Source: Patescibacteria group bacterium
Lineage (GTDB): Bacteria; Patescibacteriota; Patescibacteriia; Magasanikbacterales; GWA2-37-8
NCBI GenBank assembly: GCA_041651015.1
Contig: JBAZKA010000001.1
Coordinates: forward strand, 62,000 to 125,999
Length of the DNA stretch: 64,000 nt
Direction: 5' to 3'
Both the position numbers and the translations under genes were made by a program. Numbering within the stretch: position 1 is the stretch's first letter; the number at the start of each line of letters is the position of its first letter. A model generated the notes under the pieces. The model made no database searches and was not told where the DNA came from. It saw only the letters and a list, made by a program, of their open reading frames with translations. Of the stretch, positions 1-10,459 are shown piece by piece.

Positions 1-20
1 GGAATTTAAAATAATTTTTT

Positions 21-1595
21 ATGGTTGAAAAGAAAATCAAACCGACAATCTTGGTTATCATGGACGGCTGGGGGTCCGCGCCAATTAAAAATCTGGGCAA
101 CCCGATTAAGCCGGATGTGGCGCCGAATTATTTTTCGTGGTTAAAAAAATATCCGACGACTTTTCTATCTGCGAGCGGCGCAGCGGTCGGACTGACCAAG
201 AACGAAGATGGAAATTCCGAAGCCGGCCATCATAACCTCGGCGCCGGACGCGTAGTCAAGCAAGACAAATTGTTCATTAACGAAGCGATCGCGGATGGAA
301 CGTTTTTTAAAAATCCGGCTTTCATGCAAGCGGTTCATCATATCAAAAAATATAAAACCGCGGCCCATGTAATGGGATTGCTATCTAATCACAATAGCGC
401 GCATTCCTGCCCCGAACATTTATACGCGCTTTTGGAATTGTTGCGTAACGAAGGAATAAAAAATATTTATTTGCATTTATTTACCGACGGACGTGATTCC
501 GGCCAGCATGATGCCCTGCATTTTTTGGGATTGTTGCGCAAAAAAATGTTGAATGGGGAAAAAATCGCCACGGTGATGGGCAGATTTTATGCTATGGATC
601 GTGGCAAAAATTGGGATCGCACCCGCCGCGCTTATGAAGCGATTGTGACGGGTAAAAGCGCCAATCGCACGGCCAAAAGCGCCGAAGAAGCTATTGCGCT
701 TGCTTACAACAGTGGTGAAACTGATGAGTTTATTTCGCCGACCGTTATTACCGGTGATGGGCGTAAACCACTTGCCACCGTGTCTGATAATGATGTGATG
801 TTTTTCTTCAATATGAGGAGCGATCGCGCCCGCGAACTTACCAAGACGTTTGTGCAAAAGAATTTTGAGCACAATGGCAACGGTACAACATTCAAACGCA
901 AATTTGTCCCCAAAAATATTCGTTTTGTCGCCATGACTGATTTTGGTCCGGACCTTCCGAGCGTACTGACCGCTTTTCCTTCACGCGATGTGGTCAATAG
1001 TTTGCCTCGCGTGCTTTGTTCGCGCCCTCAATTGTATATTGCCGAAACCGAGAAATTTGCTCATGTGACATATTTTTTTAATGGTGGTTATGGCCAGCAT
1101 TTTTGCGATGAGCGCTGGATAAAAATTGATTCCATTTCGGTTAAGAGTTATGCCGAGCGTCCCGAGATGAGCGCGTCCGTTATCACGGATATGCTGGCGA
1201 TTGTAATAAAAAAATCCGAATACGAATTTATTTGTGTGAATTACGCCAATCCGGATATGGTCGCCCACACGGGAGATTACGAGGCAACGCGCAAAGCAAT
1301 TAAAGTGGTTGACCGCGAAGTGGAACGGCTGAAAAAAATTGTGGAAAAAGTCGGCGGGCAGATGATTATCACCGCCGACCATGGCAATGCCGAAGAGTTG
1401 ATAAATATGAAAACCGGAGAAGTGGACACCGAGCATTCCACCAATCCCGTGCCGTTTATTTTAATCGGCAAAGATTATTCCAAACGCAAAATGAAATTAC
1501 GCCGAGGCGGAAAATTAGCCGATGTCGCGCCGACAATTTTAAAAATCATGAATGTTGAAAAACCAAAAGAGATGACCGGCCGGCCGTTATTCTAA
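21..1595 (+). CDS. gpmI: 2,3-bisphosphoglycerate-independent phosphoglycerate mutase (copy 1)
   Basis: DGWG, GNSEAGH (catalytic Ser), DGRD, GRFYAMDR, AETEKFAHVTYFFNGG and TADHGNAE motifs. Confidence 0.95.
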   Translation: MVEKKIKPTILVIMDGWGSAPIKNLGNPIKPDVAPNYFSWLKKYPTTFLSASGAAVGLTKNEDGNSEAGHHNLGAGRVVKQDKLFINEAIADGTFFKNPAFMQAVHHIKKYKTAAHVMGLLSNHNSAHSCPEHLYALLELLRNEGIKNIYLHLFTDGRDSGQHDALHFLGLLRKKMLNGEKIATVMGRFYAMDRGKNWDRTRRAYEAIVTGKSANRTAKSAEEAIALAYNSGETDEFISPTVITGDGRKPLATVSDNDVMFFFNMRSDRARELTKTFVQKNFEHNGNGTTFKRKFVPKNIRFVAMTDFGPDLPSVLTAFPSRDVVNSLPRVLCSRPQLYIAETEKFAHVTYFFNGGYGQHFCDERWIKIDSISVKSYAERPEMSASVITDMLAIVIKKSEYEFICVNYANPDMVAHTGDYEATRKAIKVVDREVERLKKIVEKVGGQMIITADHGNAEELINMKTGEVDTEHSTNPVPFILIGKDYSKRKMKLRRGGKLADVAPTILKIMNVEKPKEMTGRPLF

Positions 1596-1607
1596 TATAA
1601 AATATTT

Positions 1608-3197
1608 ATGTCATTAAAACATCGTCCCGTCGCTTTGATTATCATGGATGGCTGGGGAGTGGCGCCGGACGGCGAGGGCAATGCCATTGCCAAAGCCAAA
1701 ACCCCGCGCCTGGATGAATTCAAGAAAAATTACCCGGTCATGACCTTGACCGCTTCGGGCGCCGAGGTTGGTTTGTCGTTTGGCGAGATGGGCAATTCCG
1801 AAGTCGGGCATTTGAATATTGGCGCCGGGCGCGTCTATTATCAAACTCTGCCCCGCATTGACACTGACGTACGGAGCGGCGCTTTCCTAAACAATCCCGC
1901 GTTTTTGGCTGCGGCCGAACACGCGAAAAAAAATAAATCAAATTTGCATTTGATCGGCTTGGTTTCGGCCGGTAAGGTTCATGCCAGCGATGAACACTTA
2001 CATAAATTATTGGAGTTTGCCAAAAAAAGCGGTTTGTCCAAACAAACTTATGTTCATGCTTTTCTTGACGGACGCGATACGATTTTTAATTCCGGAAAAT
2101 ATTTTATTGAAGTATTGATTAAAAAAATGGAAGAGCTTAAAACCGGCCGGTTGGCGTCGCTGAGCGGACGGTATTGGGCTATGGACCGGGACAACCATTG
2201 GGATAGGATTGAAAAAGTTTATAATATGATGACGACGGGCGAGGCCGAGCGCACGGCGATTGACCCGCTTCAAGCGATTGACGGCGCGTATGCCAATAAA
2301 AATTATGATGAAGAATTTTTGCCCACAGTCCTAACCGATAAGAACAATAAACCGATTGTCACCATCAAAGAAAATGACGCCGTGATATTTTTTAATTTTC
2401 GTCCGGACCGGGCGCGAGAACTGACCAAGGCTTTTGTTTTGCCCGAGTTTGATAAATTTACCCGCGCGCCAATTAAAAATTTATTTTTTGCCACCATGGC
2501 CGAATTTGAAAAGGACCTGCCGGTGGACAAAATAGCTTATCCGCCCGTGGTAATCATAAACGGTTTGGCGGAAATAGTCAGCCGGGCCGGGCTTAAACAA
2601 TTTCACATCGCGGAAACCGAGAAATACGCTCATATCACTTTTTTCTTGAATGGTACACGCGAAGAACCATTTCCGGGAGAAGATAGAAAAATTATTCCTT
2701 CGCCCAAAGTTTCCTCATACGACCAACAGCCGGAAATGTCGGCGCGCGATGTGGCCAAAGAAACAATCAAAGCGATTGAGAGTGGAAGTTATGATTTTAT
2801 TGCCGTGAATTTAGCTAATTCCGACATGGTCGGGCATACCGGTAATTTGGACGCGACCATCAAAGCTTCGGAAACGGTGGACACTTGTGTTGGGGAAATC
2901 GTGGACCATGTGTTGGCCAAAGGCGGCGCTATCGTAATTACCGCCGACCACGGCAATGGTGAAGAAATAATAAATTTGCAGACCGGTGAGATGGATAAAG
3001 AACACTCCACCAATCCCGTGCCGTTATTTGTCATCAGCGCGGATTTGCTTGGTCAAGCCGGACCGGCGGGCGACCCGCCGGAAGGGGACTTGAGCTTGAT
3101 GCAACCGGTGGGAATTTTAGCCGATGTCGCCCCGACTGTTTTGAAAATGTTAGGATTAGAACAACCGCCGGAAATGTCCGGGCAGAGTTTGGTATGA
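1608..3197 (+). CDS. gpmI: 2,3-bisphosphoglycerate-independent phosphoglycerate mutase (copy 2)
   Basis: DGWG, MGNSEVGHLNIGAGR, GRYWAMDRD, AETEKYAHITFF, DMVGHTG and TADHGN motifs. Confidence 0.95.
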   Translation: MSLKHRPVALIIMDGWGVAPDGEGNAIAKAKTPRLDEFKKNYPVMTLTASGAEVGLSFGEMGNSEVGHLNIGAGRVYYQTLPRIDTDVRSGAFLNNPAFLAAAEHAKKNKSNLHLIGLVSAGKVHASDEHLHKLLEFAKKSGLSKQTYVHAFLDGRDTIFNSGKYFIEVLIKKMEELKTGRLASLSGRYWAMDRDNHWDRIEKVYNMMTTGEAERTAIDPLQAIDGAYANKNYDEEFLPTVLTDKNNKPIVTIKENDAVIFFNFRPDRARELTKAFVLPEFDKFTRAPIKNLFFATMAEFEKDLPVDKIAYPPVVIINGLAEIVSRAGLKQFHIAETEKYAHITFFLNGTREEPFPGEDRKIIPSPKVSSYDQQPEMSARDVAKETIKAIESGSYDFIAVNLANSDMVGHTGNLDATIKASETVDTCVGEIVDHVLAKGGAIVITADHGNGEEIINLQTGEMDKEHSTNPVPLFVISADLLGQAGPAGDPPEGDLSLMQPVGILADVAPTVLKMLGLEQPPEMSGQSLV

Positions 3198-3198
3198 C

Positions 3199-3237
3199 GC
3201 GATGCCAATATACGAATGCATACTAATTATGCGAATA
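3199..3237. repeat. ~39-bp intergenic repeat, copy A (copy B at 8653-8691)
   Basis: gcgatgccaatatacgaatgcatac(t/g)aattat(g/a)c(g/a)aata occurs twice, each time just after a stop codon. Confidence 0.85.
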
Positions 3238-3238
3238 A

Positions 3239-3269
3239 AAAATACTCCGAGATAATCTCGGAGTATTTT
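3239..3269. terminator. bidirectional intrinsic terminator
   Basis: aaaatactccgaga/tctcggagtatttt inverted repeat between convergent genes. Confidence 0.8.
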
Positions 3270-3278
3270 AGTATGTGT

Positions 3279-4430
3279 TTAGATTAAATCAGAATAAGGC
3301 AAAGCATTGGTTTTAATTTTTTCCACGGCTTCATGTTCGGCGTCTCTTAATGTCAATCCGGAAATTGTAAATTGAGCCGCGAGTTTTGTCCCACGGGCTT
3401 GGAATGGGGCGGCGAGTTGCAAGGCGTCAAAGTTTTTATCCGTGGTCAGACGGCCGTGAATCAGATTAGGTTCTTTGGCGTCTTCAAATAAGACTAAAAT
3501 CATTTTAGCTTCGGGAGAATTGGCAATTAGCTCGCTGACCAAATCATCTATGTCATTTTCATTGGCGCCGGAACGGGCAAAATCATCACGGGTTAAAGTC
3601 GTCCAGACCAGTCCGGACGCGCCATTGGTTTGCAAATTGGTCAAAGCGTTGCCCCACAATCTGAGTGTGGCAATGGTTTTGGTGCGATAGAGATTATGGA
3701 CGATCTTTTCGCGGTCCGCGCCCAGATCCATCAGTTTGCCGGCCAAGGCCAGCGTCTGCGGGGTTACATTCGGAGTTTTAAAACTACGTGTGCGCGAGAT
3801 CATACCGGTGAGAATGTCTGTCGCGGTTTCGGCATCGGAATTAAAACCCAATTGTTCAAAGGTCCGATAAACAATTTCCGAGACCGAGGTGGCGGTCAAA
3901 TCCACCAAATTTAAATTGCCGAAATGTTCGTTGTTCGCGCGATTATCAATGTTCACAATCGGCGTGCGATAAAACAAATCCGTGTTGTTGAAAAACACAT
4001 TGCCCAGTGATTCCAAGTCAGTCGTGCCGACAACAAAAATCAAATCATATTTGAAACCGGTTTGCAAAGTGCGCAAATCGTTTTTGTTGACTGCGCCCTG
4101 CCGGGGGGTCAGATGAATGGACAGCCAGCCATCTTTGACGTCATAACTCAGGGTATCAATTTTTGTTTTGGAGACATCTACCTTGATGGTGAATTTGTGC
4201 AGATTGGCTAGGTCCCCACGGATGTCTTTGACGCCGTTCAAAAAGGCTAAATGCGCCGGAACAGTAAAATTATCACAAATAATTTCCGCGCGTTTGTGGC
4301 GGATGGCCAAATAATTCTTGAGAGCAATGGCTGCGGCCGCGGCATCGTCATTTTTGCCCGCGCCAAAAACCACGAGCGGGTGTTCGCTCGCTTCAATCAG
4401 TTTATTTAATTGGTCGGTTATTTCTAACAT
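3279..4430 (-). CDS. DHH-family (NrnA-like) phosphoesterase-fold protein with degenerate catalytic motifs
   Basis: Overall DHH layout (NID.., FGNLNLVD...SVSEIVY, T.SF...N.T..T...A..L...GAD), but DHH reads DNR. Confidence 0.75.
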   Translation of the reverse strand: MLEITDQLNKLIEASEHPLVVFGAGKNDDAAAAAIALKNYLAIRHKRAEIICDNFTVPAHLAFLNGVKDIRGDLANLHKFTIKVDVSKTKIDTLSYDVKDGWLSIHLTPRQGAVNKNDLRTLQTGFKYDLIFVVGTTDLESLGNVFFNNTDLFYRTPIVNIDNRANNEHFGNLNLVDLTATSVSEIVYRTFEQLGFNSDAETATDILTGMISRTRSFKTPNVTPQTLALAGKLMDLGADREKIVHNLYRTKTIATLRLWGNALTNLQTNGASGLVWTTLTRDDFARSGANENDIDDLVSELIANSPEAKMILVLFEDAKEPNLIHGRLTTDKNFDALQLAAPFQARGTKLAAQFTISGLTLRDAEHEAVEKIKTNALPYSDLI

Positions 4431-4614
4431 ATAACTGTTGATTATATCTTAATTGATGATTATTGTCAATAACCGTTTTTTGGCTGACTGTAGCCCATAT
4501 TTTGGTGTTATCCCAGTATATTTATAAATTCTTGACAGATGCCGATTCCTAAAAGGTTGCTTTTTTCGCTAATTTTCATTAAAATATATGGTAATTGACT
4601 ATAAAATTTTCACC

Positions 4615-7296
4615 ATGAAAGAACTAGATAAGGCCTATGAGGCCAAAAAATACGAAGACGGCATTTATAAAAAATGGGAAGAGTCGGGTTTTTTTGTACC
4701 GGAAAATTTACCGGACACAAAAGGACGATATGTTAATATTTTGCCGCCGCCAAATGCGAACGGCGAAATGCATATTGGGCACGCTTCTGGTTATGTAGTG
4801 ATGGATTTGCTCGGACGTTATCATCGTATGCAAGGGGAAAAGGTTTTGCTCTTGCCGGGTAAGGACCACGCCGGTATACAATCCCAAGTGGTATATGAAA
4901 AGAAAATTAAGAAGGAGCGTGGCATTACTCGGTACGATTTAGGGCGGGAAAAATTTTACGATGAAATCTTTGCCTTTTGTAAAGACCGCGCGCAATATAT
5001 GCGCGGACAAGAAAAAAAGATTGGACTCTCTGCCGATTGGTTTCGTGAAAAATTTACCATGGATCCGGAATTAGTGAACATCGTTTTGGATACATTTGTA
5101 AAAATGTATAACGAAGTGGATGATAACGGCAATAGGATGATTTATCAAGGCGAACGGATAATCAATTGGTGTCCGCGTTGTTTTACGGCGCTCTCTGATG
5201 TGGAAGTGGAACATTCTGAACAAAAAGCGAAATTATATACTTTTAAATACGACAAAGATTTTCCGTTTTCAATTTCCACAACCAGGCCGGAAACAAAATT
5301 GGGCGACACAGCCGTGGCGGTAAATCCGAAAGATAAGCGGTATAAAAAATTTATCGGCAAAATTTTTGAGGTTGATTTTGTCGGCGTACCGCTAAAGATT
5401 AAAGTTATTGCGGATCATGAAGTTGACCAAACGTTCGGTACCGGCGCTTTGGGTGTGACCCCGGCGCATTCGGCTGTGGACTGGGAAATGGCCAGAAAAA
5501 ATGATTTGCCGATAATAAAAGTTATCAATGAAAACGGGAAAATCCATGAGGGTTTTGGCAAATTTAGTGGTATGGCGGTGGGCGAGGCACGGGAAGCGAT
5601 AGTTAATGAATTGCGCGAGAGCAAATTGCTGGAGCAAGAGGAAGACTACCCGAATAATTTGTCGGTTTGCGAACGTTGTAAAACGGCGATTGAACCGCTT
5701 GTGTCCAAGCAGTGGTTCGTGAATGTTGATCACGCGAATTTTTCTTTGAAAAATGCGGCGCGCAAAGCGATTGAAAATGACGAAATAAAAATCTACCCGG
5801 AAAGATTCAAAGATGTAATGTTAAATTGGATAGATAATGTTCGAGATTGGTGCATCTCGCGCCAAATTTGGTGGGGGCCGAGAATCCCGATATGGTACAA
5901 AGGCGAAGAAATAGTTGCGTCGGTTGATTCACCGGGTGAAGGTTGGGAACAAGACCCGAGCACGCTTGATACATGGTTTTCTTCGGGGCAATGGGCGTAT
6001 TCCACTTTGGGTTTTCCGAATGGAAACGATTTTAAAGAGTTTTATCCGAGCGATGTGATGGTGATGGGGCGCGACATCTTGCCGTTTTGGGCATTTCGTA
6101 TGATTATCATGAGTTTGTATCGCACCGGACAAGTACCATTTAAAAATTTATATTTTACCGGTTTGATCCGCGATGAAAAAGGCCAGAAGATGAGCAAATC
6201 AAAAGGCAACGGCATTGATCCAAAAGATGTAATTGATAAATACGGCACCGATGCCGTGCGCCTCTCGCTTTTGATTGGAAATTCTCCAGGCAATGATTTG
6301 AATTTAAGCGAACAAAAAATTGCCGGCTTCAGAAATTTCACGAACAAACTTTGGAACATTTCGCGCTTCATGCTTTTGAATATTGAGAATCCAAAAGAAG
6401 ATATTGCCAAACCAGTTCCAGCAACTGATTTTGATAGGTGGATATTAGTGGAATTAGATATTTTAACAGCACGCATTGATGACTCGGTAAAAAATTATAA
6501 TTTATCCTGTGCTGGGGAATCTTTGCGCCTTTTTACATGGAGCATACTGGCGGATTGGTATTTGGAGGCCGCTAAAATAGAAAAAGACAAAAGCGAAATT
6601 TTGAATTATGTTTTGAATACGATTTTAAAATTATGGCATCCATTCATGCCGTTTGTGACAGAGGCTATTTGGCAGCATATTTATGGGGAAAACGAACTTT
6701 TAATGGTTAATCACTTACCAAAAAGTCCTGTTGTTGCCAGAAATATTTATAAGGATGGTGAGGTGGTTGCGTATAATTGGGAATATCCGAATAAACGCGA
6801 CCAAAAGGAAGCGGGCGAGTTAAAGAATAACATTGGCAAATTGCAGGACATCGTCGGTACTATTCGTGTATTTAGGGCAAATGTAAATATAGAATCCGGT
6901 AAAAAAATAGATGTTTTTATTAGCGCCGGTGACCATGTGGAATTTCTAAAACGAAATGCAGAAATTATTAAAGGTTTGCGAACGGGGATTGGCGAATTAG
7001 TAATTGGAAAAGAAATTGAAAAACCGGAGAATACAGTACGTCTTTATGTGGAGGGCGTAGGGGTCTTTGTTGATACGGGTAATGCAGTCGATAACGCGCA
7101 ACGAAGAGCGAAGGTTGAAAAAGAGATTGCCATGAAAGAGCCATATATAAGGCAACTTGAACACAAATTATCAAATGAAGAATTTAAGAAGAACGCCCCC
7201 CCGGAGGTGGTTATAGGAGAGATGCGTAAATTAAACAATGCAAATGATGAGTTGGACCAGCTAAAAACCGAACTAAATTATTTGAAAAATGTATGA
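4615..7296 (+). CDS. valS: valine--tRNA ligase
   Basis: PPPN..G.MHIGH, DHAGIQSQ, TTRPET, DWCISRQIWWG, LDTWFSS, KMSKS and C-terminal coiled coil; start placed at ATG 4615. Confidence 0.97.
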   Translation: MKELDKAYEAKKYEDGIYKKWEESGFFVPENLPDTKGRYVNILPPPNANGEMHIGHASGYVVMDLLGRYHRMQGEKVLLLPGKDHAGIQSQVVYEKKIKKERGITRYDLGREKFYDEIFAFCKDRAQYMRGQEKKIGLSADWFREKFTMDPELVNIVLDTFVKMYNEVDDNGNRMIYQGERIINWCPRCFTALSDVEVEHSEQKAKLYTFKYDKDFPFSISTTRPETKLGDTAVAVNPKDKRYKKFIGKIFEVDFVGVPLKIKVIADHEVDQTFGTGALGVTPAHSAVDWEMARKNDLPIIKVINENGKIHEGFGKFSGMAVGEAREAIVNELRESKLLEQEEDYPNNLSVCERCKTAIEPLVSKQWFVNVDHANFSLKNAARKAIENDEIKIYPERFKDVMLNWIDNVRDWCISRQIWWGPRIPIWYKGEEIVASVDSPGEGWEQDPSTLDTWFSSGQWAYSTLGFPNGNDFKEFYPSDVMVMGRDILPFWAFRMIIMSLYRTGQVPFKNLYFTGLIRDEKGQKMSKSKGNGIDPKDVIDKYGTDAVRLSLLIGNSPGNDLNLSEQKIAGFRNFTNKLWNISRFMLLNIENPKEDIAKPVPATDFDRWILVELDILTARIDDSVKNYNLSCAGESLRLFTWSILADWYLEAAKIEKDKSEILNYVLNTILKLWHPFMPFVTEAIWQHIYGENELLMVNHLPKSPVVARNIYKDGEVVAYNWEYPNKRDQKEAGELKNNIGKLQDIVGTIRVFRANVNIESGKKIDVFISAGDHVEFLKRNAEIIKGLRTGIGELVIGKEIEKPENTVRLYVEGVGVFVDTGNAVDNAQRRAKVEKEIAMKEPYIRQLEHKLSNEEFKKNAPPEVVIGEMRKLNNANDELDQLKTELNYLKNV

Positions 7297-8651
7297 AAAT
7301 AAATACCGATGCAACAAAAGTAAATGAACTCCTGACCCGCGGCGTGGAAAACGTTTATCCCACGCGCGAGTTTTTGGAAAAGCGTTTAAAGTCGGGTGAG
7401 CAGCTATCACTGTATTGCGGTTATGATCCAACCGCGCCAAGTTTGCATATCGGCCACGCCATTACCATGATGAAACTACGCCAGTTTCAGGATTTAGGGC
7501 ATCGAGTGATTATGCTCATCGGCGATTTTACCGGTCTGATCGGCGACCCGACTGATAAAACCGCGACGCGCAAACAGCAGACTCGCGAGGAAGTAGAAAA
7601 GAATTTTGCCGGTTGGAAAAAGCAAGCCGCTTCAATTTTGGATTTTGACGGAGATAATCCGGTGGAAATAAAATACAATAGCGAATGGCATAAAAAATTA
7701 TCTTTTGAGGATGTGTTAAATTTGTCATCGCATTTTACGGTTCAGCGTATGCTGGAGCGGGACATGTTTGAAAAGAGGGTGGCATTTCATTTTCTTTGCC
7801 CCATGGGACATGAGCAAGATATCAAAGAAATCGTTGATGTAAAAACATGGTTGCATAAAGGAAATTTTGGATCGACGATAAAATTTAGACAAGATATTGA
7901 TTGGGTTTTGTGTAATGCCTGTAAAAAGAAGTATGACCTTAACGATCTTCAATATATTCCGCCCAAGCCGATTTATGTACATGAATTTATGTACCCGCTC
8001 TTGCAGGGTTATGATTCGGTGGCCATGGATGTGGACGGAGAAATCGGAGGCAATGACCAGACGTTTAACATGCTCGCCGGACGCGATTTGATGAAAGATC
8101 TAAAGAATAAAGAAAAGTTTGTGTTGACGACCAAACTCCTCGCCGATACCGGCGGTAAAAAAATGAGTAAGAGCGAGGGTAATGCCATATTTCTCACCGA
8201 TACACCCGAGGAAATTTTTGGCAAAGTAATGAGTTGGACCGATGGTATGATTGCCATAGGTTTTGAACTATGTACTTGGTTGCCGATGGATGAAATTAAA
8301 AAAATTATTAAAGAGAATGATAATCCACGCGACCAAAAAGTTCGCTTGGCTTATGAAGTGGTAAAAACATTTACCAATGAAAAATCCGCTGACTCGGCCA
8401 AGGAAAATTTCATCAATCAGTTTTCCAAAAAAGAAATTCCCGAGGATATGCCCGAGGTGAAAGCCGACAATGTTATTGACGCGCTGATTGGCGCGAAGAT
8501 TTGCAAAAGTAAATCCGAAGCGCGCCAGGTGATTGACCAGGGCGGGGTAAAAATTAACGAGAAAAAAGTGGAAGCCGGCGATTATACGGCCGAGGTAAAA
8601 TCCGGCGATATTGTGCAAAAGGGGAGCCGGTGGTTCGCACGAATTAAATAG
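7293..8651 (+). CDS. tyrS: tyrosine--tRNA ligase, with a ~60-aa Cys/His insertion
   Basis: YCGYDPTAPSLHIGH, YPLLQGYD, GGNDQTFN, KMSKS and C-terminal S4 domain. Confidence 0.97.
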   Translation: MKINTDATKVNELLTRGVENVYPTREFLEKRLKSGEQLSLYCGYDPTAPSLHIGHAITMMKLRQFQDLGHRVIMLIGDFTGLIGDPTDKTATRKQQTREEVEKNFAGWKKQAASILDFDGDNPVEIKYNSEWHKKLSFEDVLNLSSHFTVQRMLERDMFEKRVAFHFLCPMGHEQDIKEIVDVKTWLHKGNFGSTIKFRQDIDWVLCNACKKKYDLNDLQYIPPKPIYVHEFMYPLLQGYDSVAMDVDGEIGGNDQTFNMLAGRDLMKDLKNKEKFVLTTKLLADTGGKKMSKSEGNAIFLTDTPEEIFGKVMSWTDGMIAIGFELCTWLPMDEIKKIIKENDNPRDQKVRLAYEVVKTFTNEKSADSAKENFINQFSKKEIPEDMPEVKADNVIDALIGAKICKSKSEARQVIDQGGVKINEKKVEAGDYTAEVKSGDIVQKGSRWFARIK

Positions 8652-8652
8652 T

Positions 8653-8691
8653 GCGATGCCAATATACGAATGCATACGAATTATACAAATA
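8653..8691. repeat. ~39-bp intergenic repeat, copy B
   Basis: Near-identical to 3199-3237. Confidence 0.85.
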
Positions 8692-10376
8692 TGATAAAGA
8701 GTTCAATTGAAAAAATATTACAGTCCGTTGGTATTACCGGCGAGATAAACTTATCCCTTCCGCCCAAAGTGGAAATGGGGGATTTGGCATTCGCGTGTTT
8801 TGACTTAGCCAAAGCCAAGGGAATGAATCCAGCTGAATTTGCCAAAGAGTTGGCAGATAAAATAAAACCACTTGGCATCGTGTCGCGCGTACAGGCGTTT
8901 GGCCCATATGTAAACTTTTTTCTTGATTCGGGAAAAGTATCCGGTTTGATTATCGCGGAAGTCTTGAAAAATAAGAATAAATTTGGCGCTAATAAAACCG
9001 GCGCGGGCAAGTCTGTACTTCTGGAATATCCGTCCAACAATACTCACAAAGAATTGCACGTCGGGCATTTGCGCAATATTTGCATTGGTAATTCCTTGAC
9101 GAAATTATTTGTCTTGAACGGCTACAAAGCGATTCCAATAAATTACGTGAATGATTTTGGCGCGCATGTGGCCAAATGTTTGTGGGGTATGCAAAAATTT
9201 CACGCCAAGGAAAATTCACCCAAGGACAAACAAAAATGGCTGGGCGAGATTTATGCCGAATCGGCGCGCTATTTGAAAGACCACCCGGAGGCCAAGGATG
9301 AAGTGGCACAAATTCAATTGCAATTGGAAAAGAAAGATAAAAAGATTTGGGCGCTCTATACCAAGACCAGAAAATGGAGTTTGGACGCATTTGCCAAAGT
9401 GTTTAAAGAATTGGGGGTAACTCATAAAAAAACATTTTTTGAACAAGATATAAAAAATATCGGACAAAAAGTCGTGGATGAACTTTTGAAAAAAGGCATT
9501 GCCAAAGTGGGCGAGGGTGGGGCGATTATCGTGGATTTGTCGCCGTATAATTTGGATATTGGTTTGCTTCGCAAGAGTAATGGCGCCGGACTTTATCTTA
9601 CGGCTGATTTGGGTTTGGCTCTGGCAAAAAACAAAGCTTATCCAAAGATTTCAGAAAGCATCCACATTACCGCCAGTGAACAAAATTTTTATTTTCAGCA
9701 GTTGTTCAAAATTTTGGCCTTGGCCGGATATAATTTCAAGATGACGCATATTGGTTATGGTTTGGTCAATTTACCAACCGGCAAGATGTCTTCGCGCGAG
9801 GGGACGGCTGTTCTTTATGAAGATGTGTTTGATTCGGTTTATGAAAGAACTCTAAACGAAACAAAATCCCGCCACGCTGATTGGACGAATACTAAAATTA
9901 CTCAAACCGCTCGCGCGCTCGCTTATGCCGCCATCAAATTTGATTTCCTCAAACACGAATCATCCAAAGTGATTGTTTTTGACCCCAAGGACGCGGTTTC
10001 ATTTGACGGTTTTACCGGTCCGTATGTGCTTTATTCTCTCGCCCGCATGAACAGTATATTATCCAAGGCAAAGAAGACGAAAGTTGGCATAAATTATTCA
10101 GCGCTAACAGAGCCGGAAGAAAAAGCGCTTACTTTGTTTTTAGCTGAGTTTATGTTCGCGGTTAATAAAGCCTTTGCCAATTACAATCCATCGGTCATTA
10201 CCAAATACGCTTTTGATTTAGCGAAACTTTACAATGAATTTTACAACAAACATAGCGTGCTTCAAGCCGCGAACAAGGAAATTGTTCAGGCTCGCCTCGC
10301 TCTTACACTCGCGGTAAAAGTTGTTTTGGAAAACGCGTTGGATATTTTATCTATCAAACCGGTCGCGGAAATGTAA
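8691..10376 (+). CDS. argS: arginine--tRNA ligase
   Basis: GPYVNF, EYPSNNTHKELHVGHLRN, KMSSREG, DGFTGPYVLYSLAR and C-terminal EM. Confidence 0.97.
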   Translation: MIKSSIEKILQSVGITGEINLSLPPKVEMGDLAFACFDLAKAKGMNPAEFAKELADKIKPLGIVSRVQAFGPYVNFFLDSGKVSGLIIAEVLKNKNKFGANKTGAGKSVLLEYPSNNTHKELHVGHLRNICIGNSLTKLFVLNGYKAIPINYVNDFGAHVAKCLWGMQKFHAKENSPKDKQKWLGEIYAESARYLKDHPEAKDEVAQIQLQLEKKDKKIWALYTKTRKWSLDAFAKVFKELGVTHKKTFFEQDIKNIGQKVVDELLKKGIAKVGEGGAIIVDLSPYNLDIGLLRKSNGAGLYLTADLGLALAKNKAYPKISESIHITASEQNFYFQQLFKILALAGYNFKMTHIGYGLVNLPTGKMSSREGTAVLYEDVFDSVYERTLNETKSRHADWTNTKITQTARALAYAAIKFDFLKHESSKVIVFDPKDAVSFDGFTGPYVLYSLARMNSILSKAKKTKVGINYSALTEPEEKALTLFLAEFMFAVNKAFANYNPSVITKYAFDLAKLYNEFYNKHSVLQAANKEIVQARLALTLAVKVVLENALDILSIKPVAEM

Positions 10377-10459
10377 AATTAACGTGGAAATCTTTATCCA
10401 CACTTCAATTTTTTTATAAAAAGGTGTATTATATCCGTGTTAACAATAATTTATAATAT

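Noticed and set aside
7782-7964. Intein or intron in tyrS
   Set aside because: Too short, in frame, and lacks C/S...HN splice motifs.
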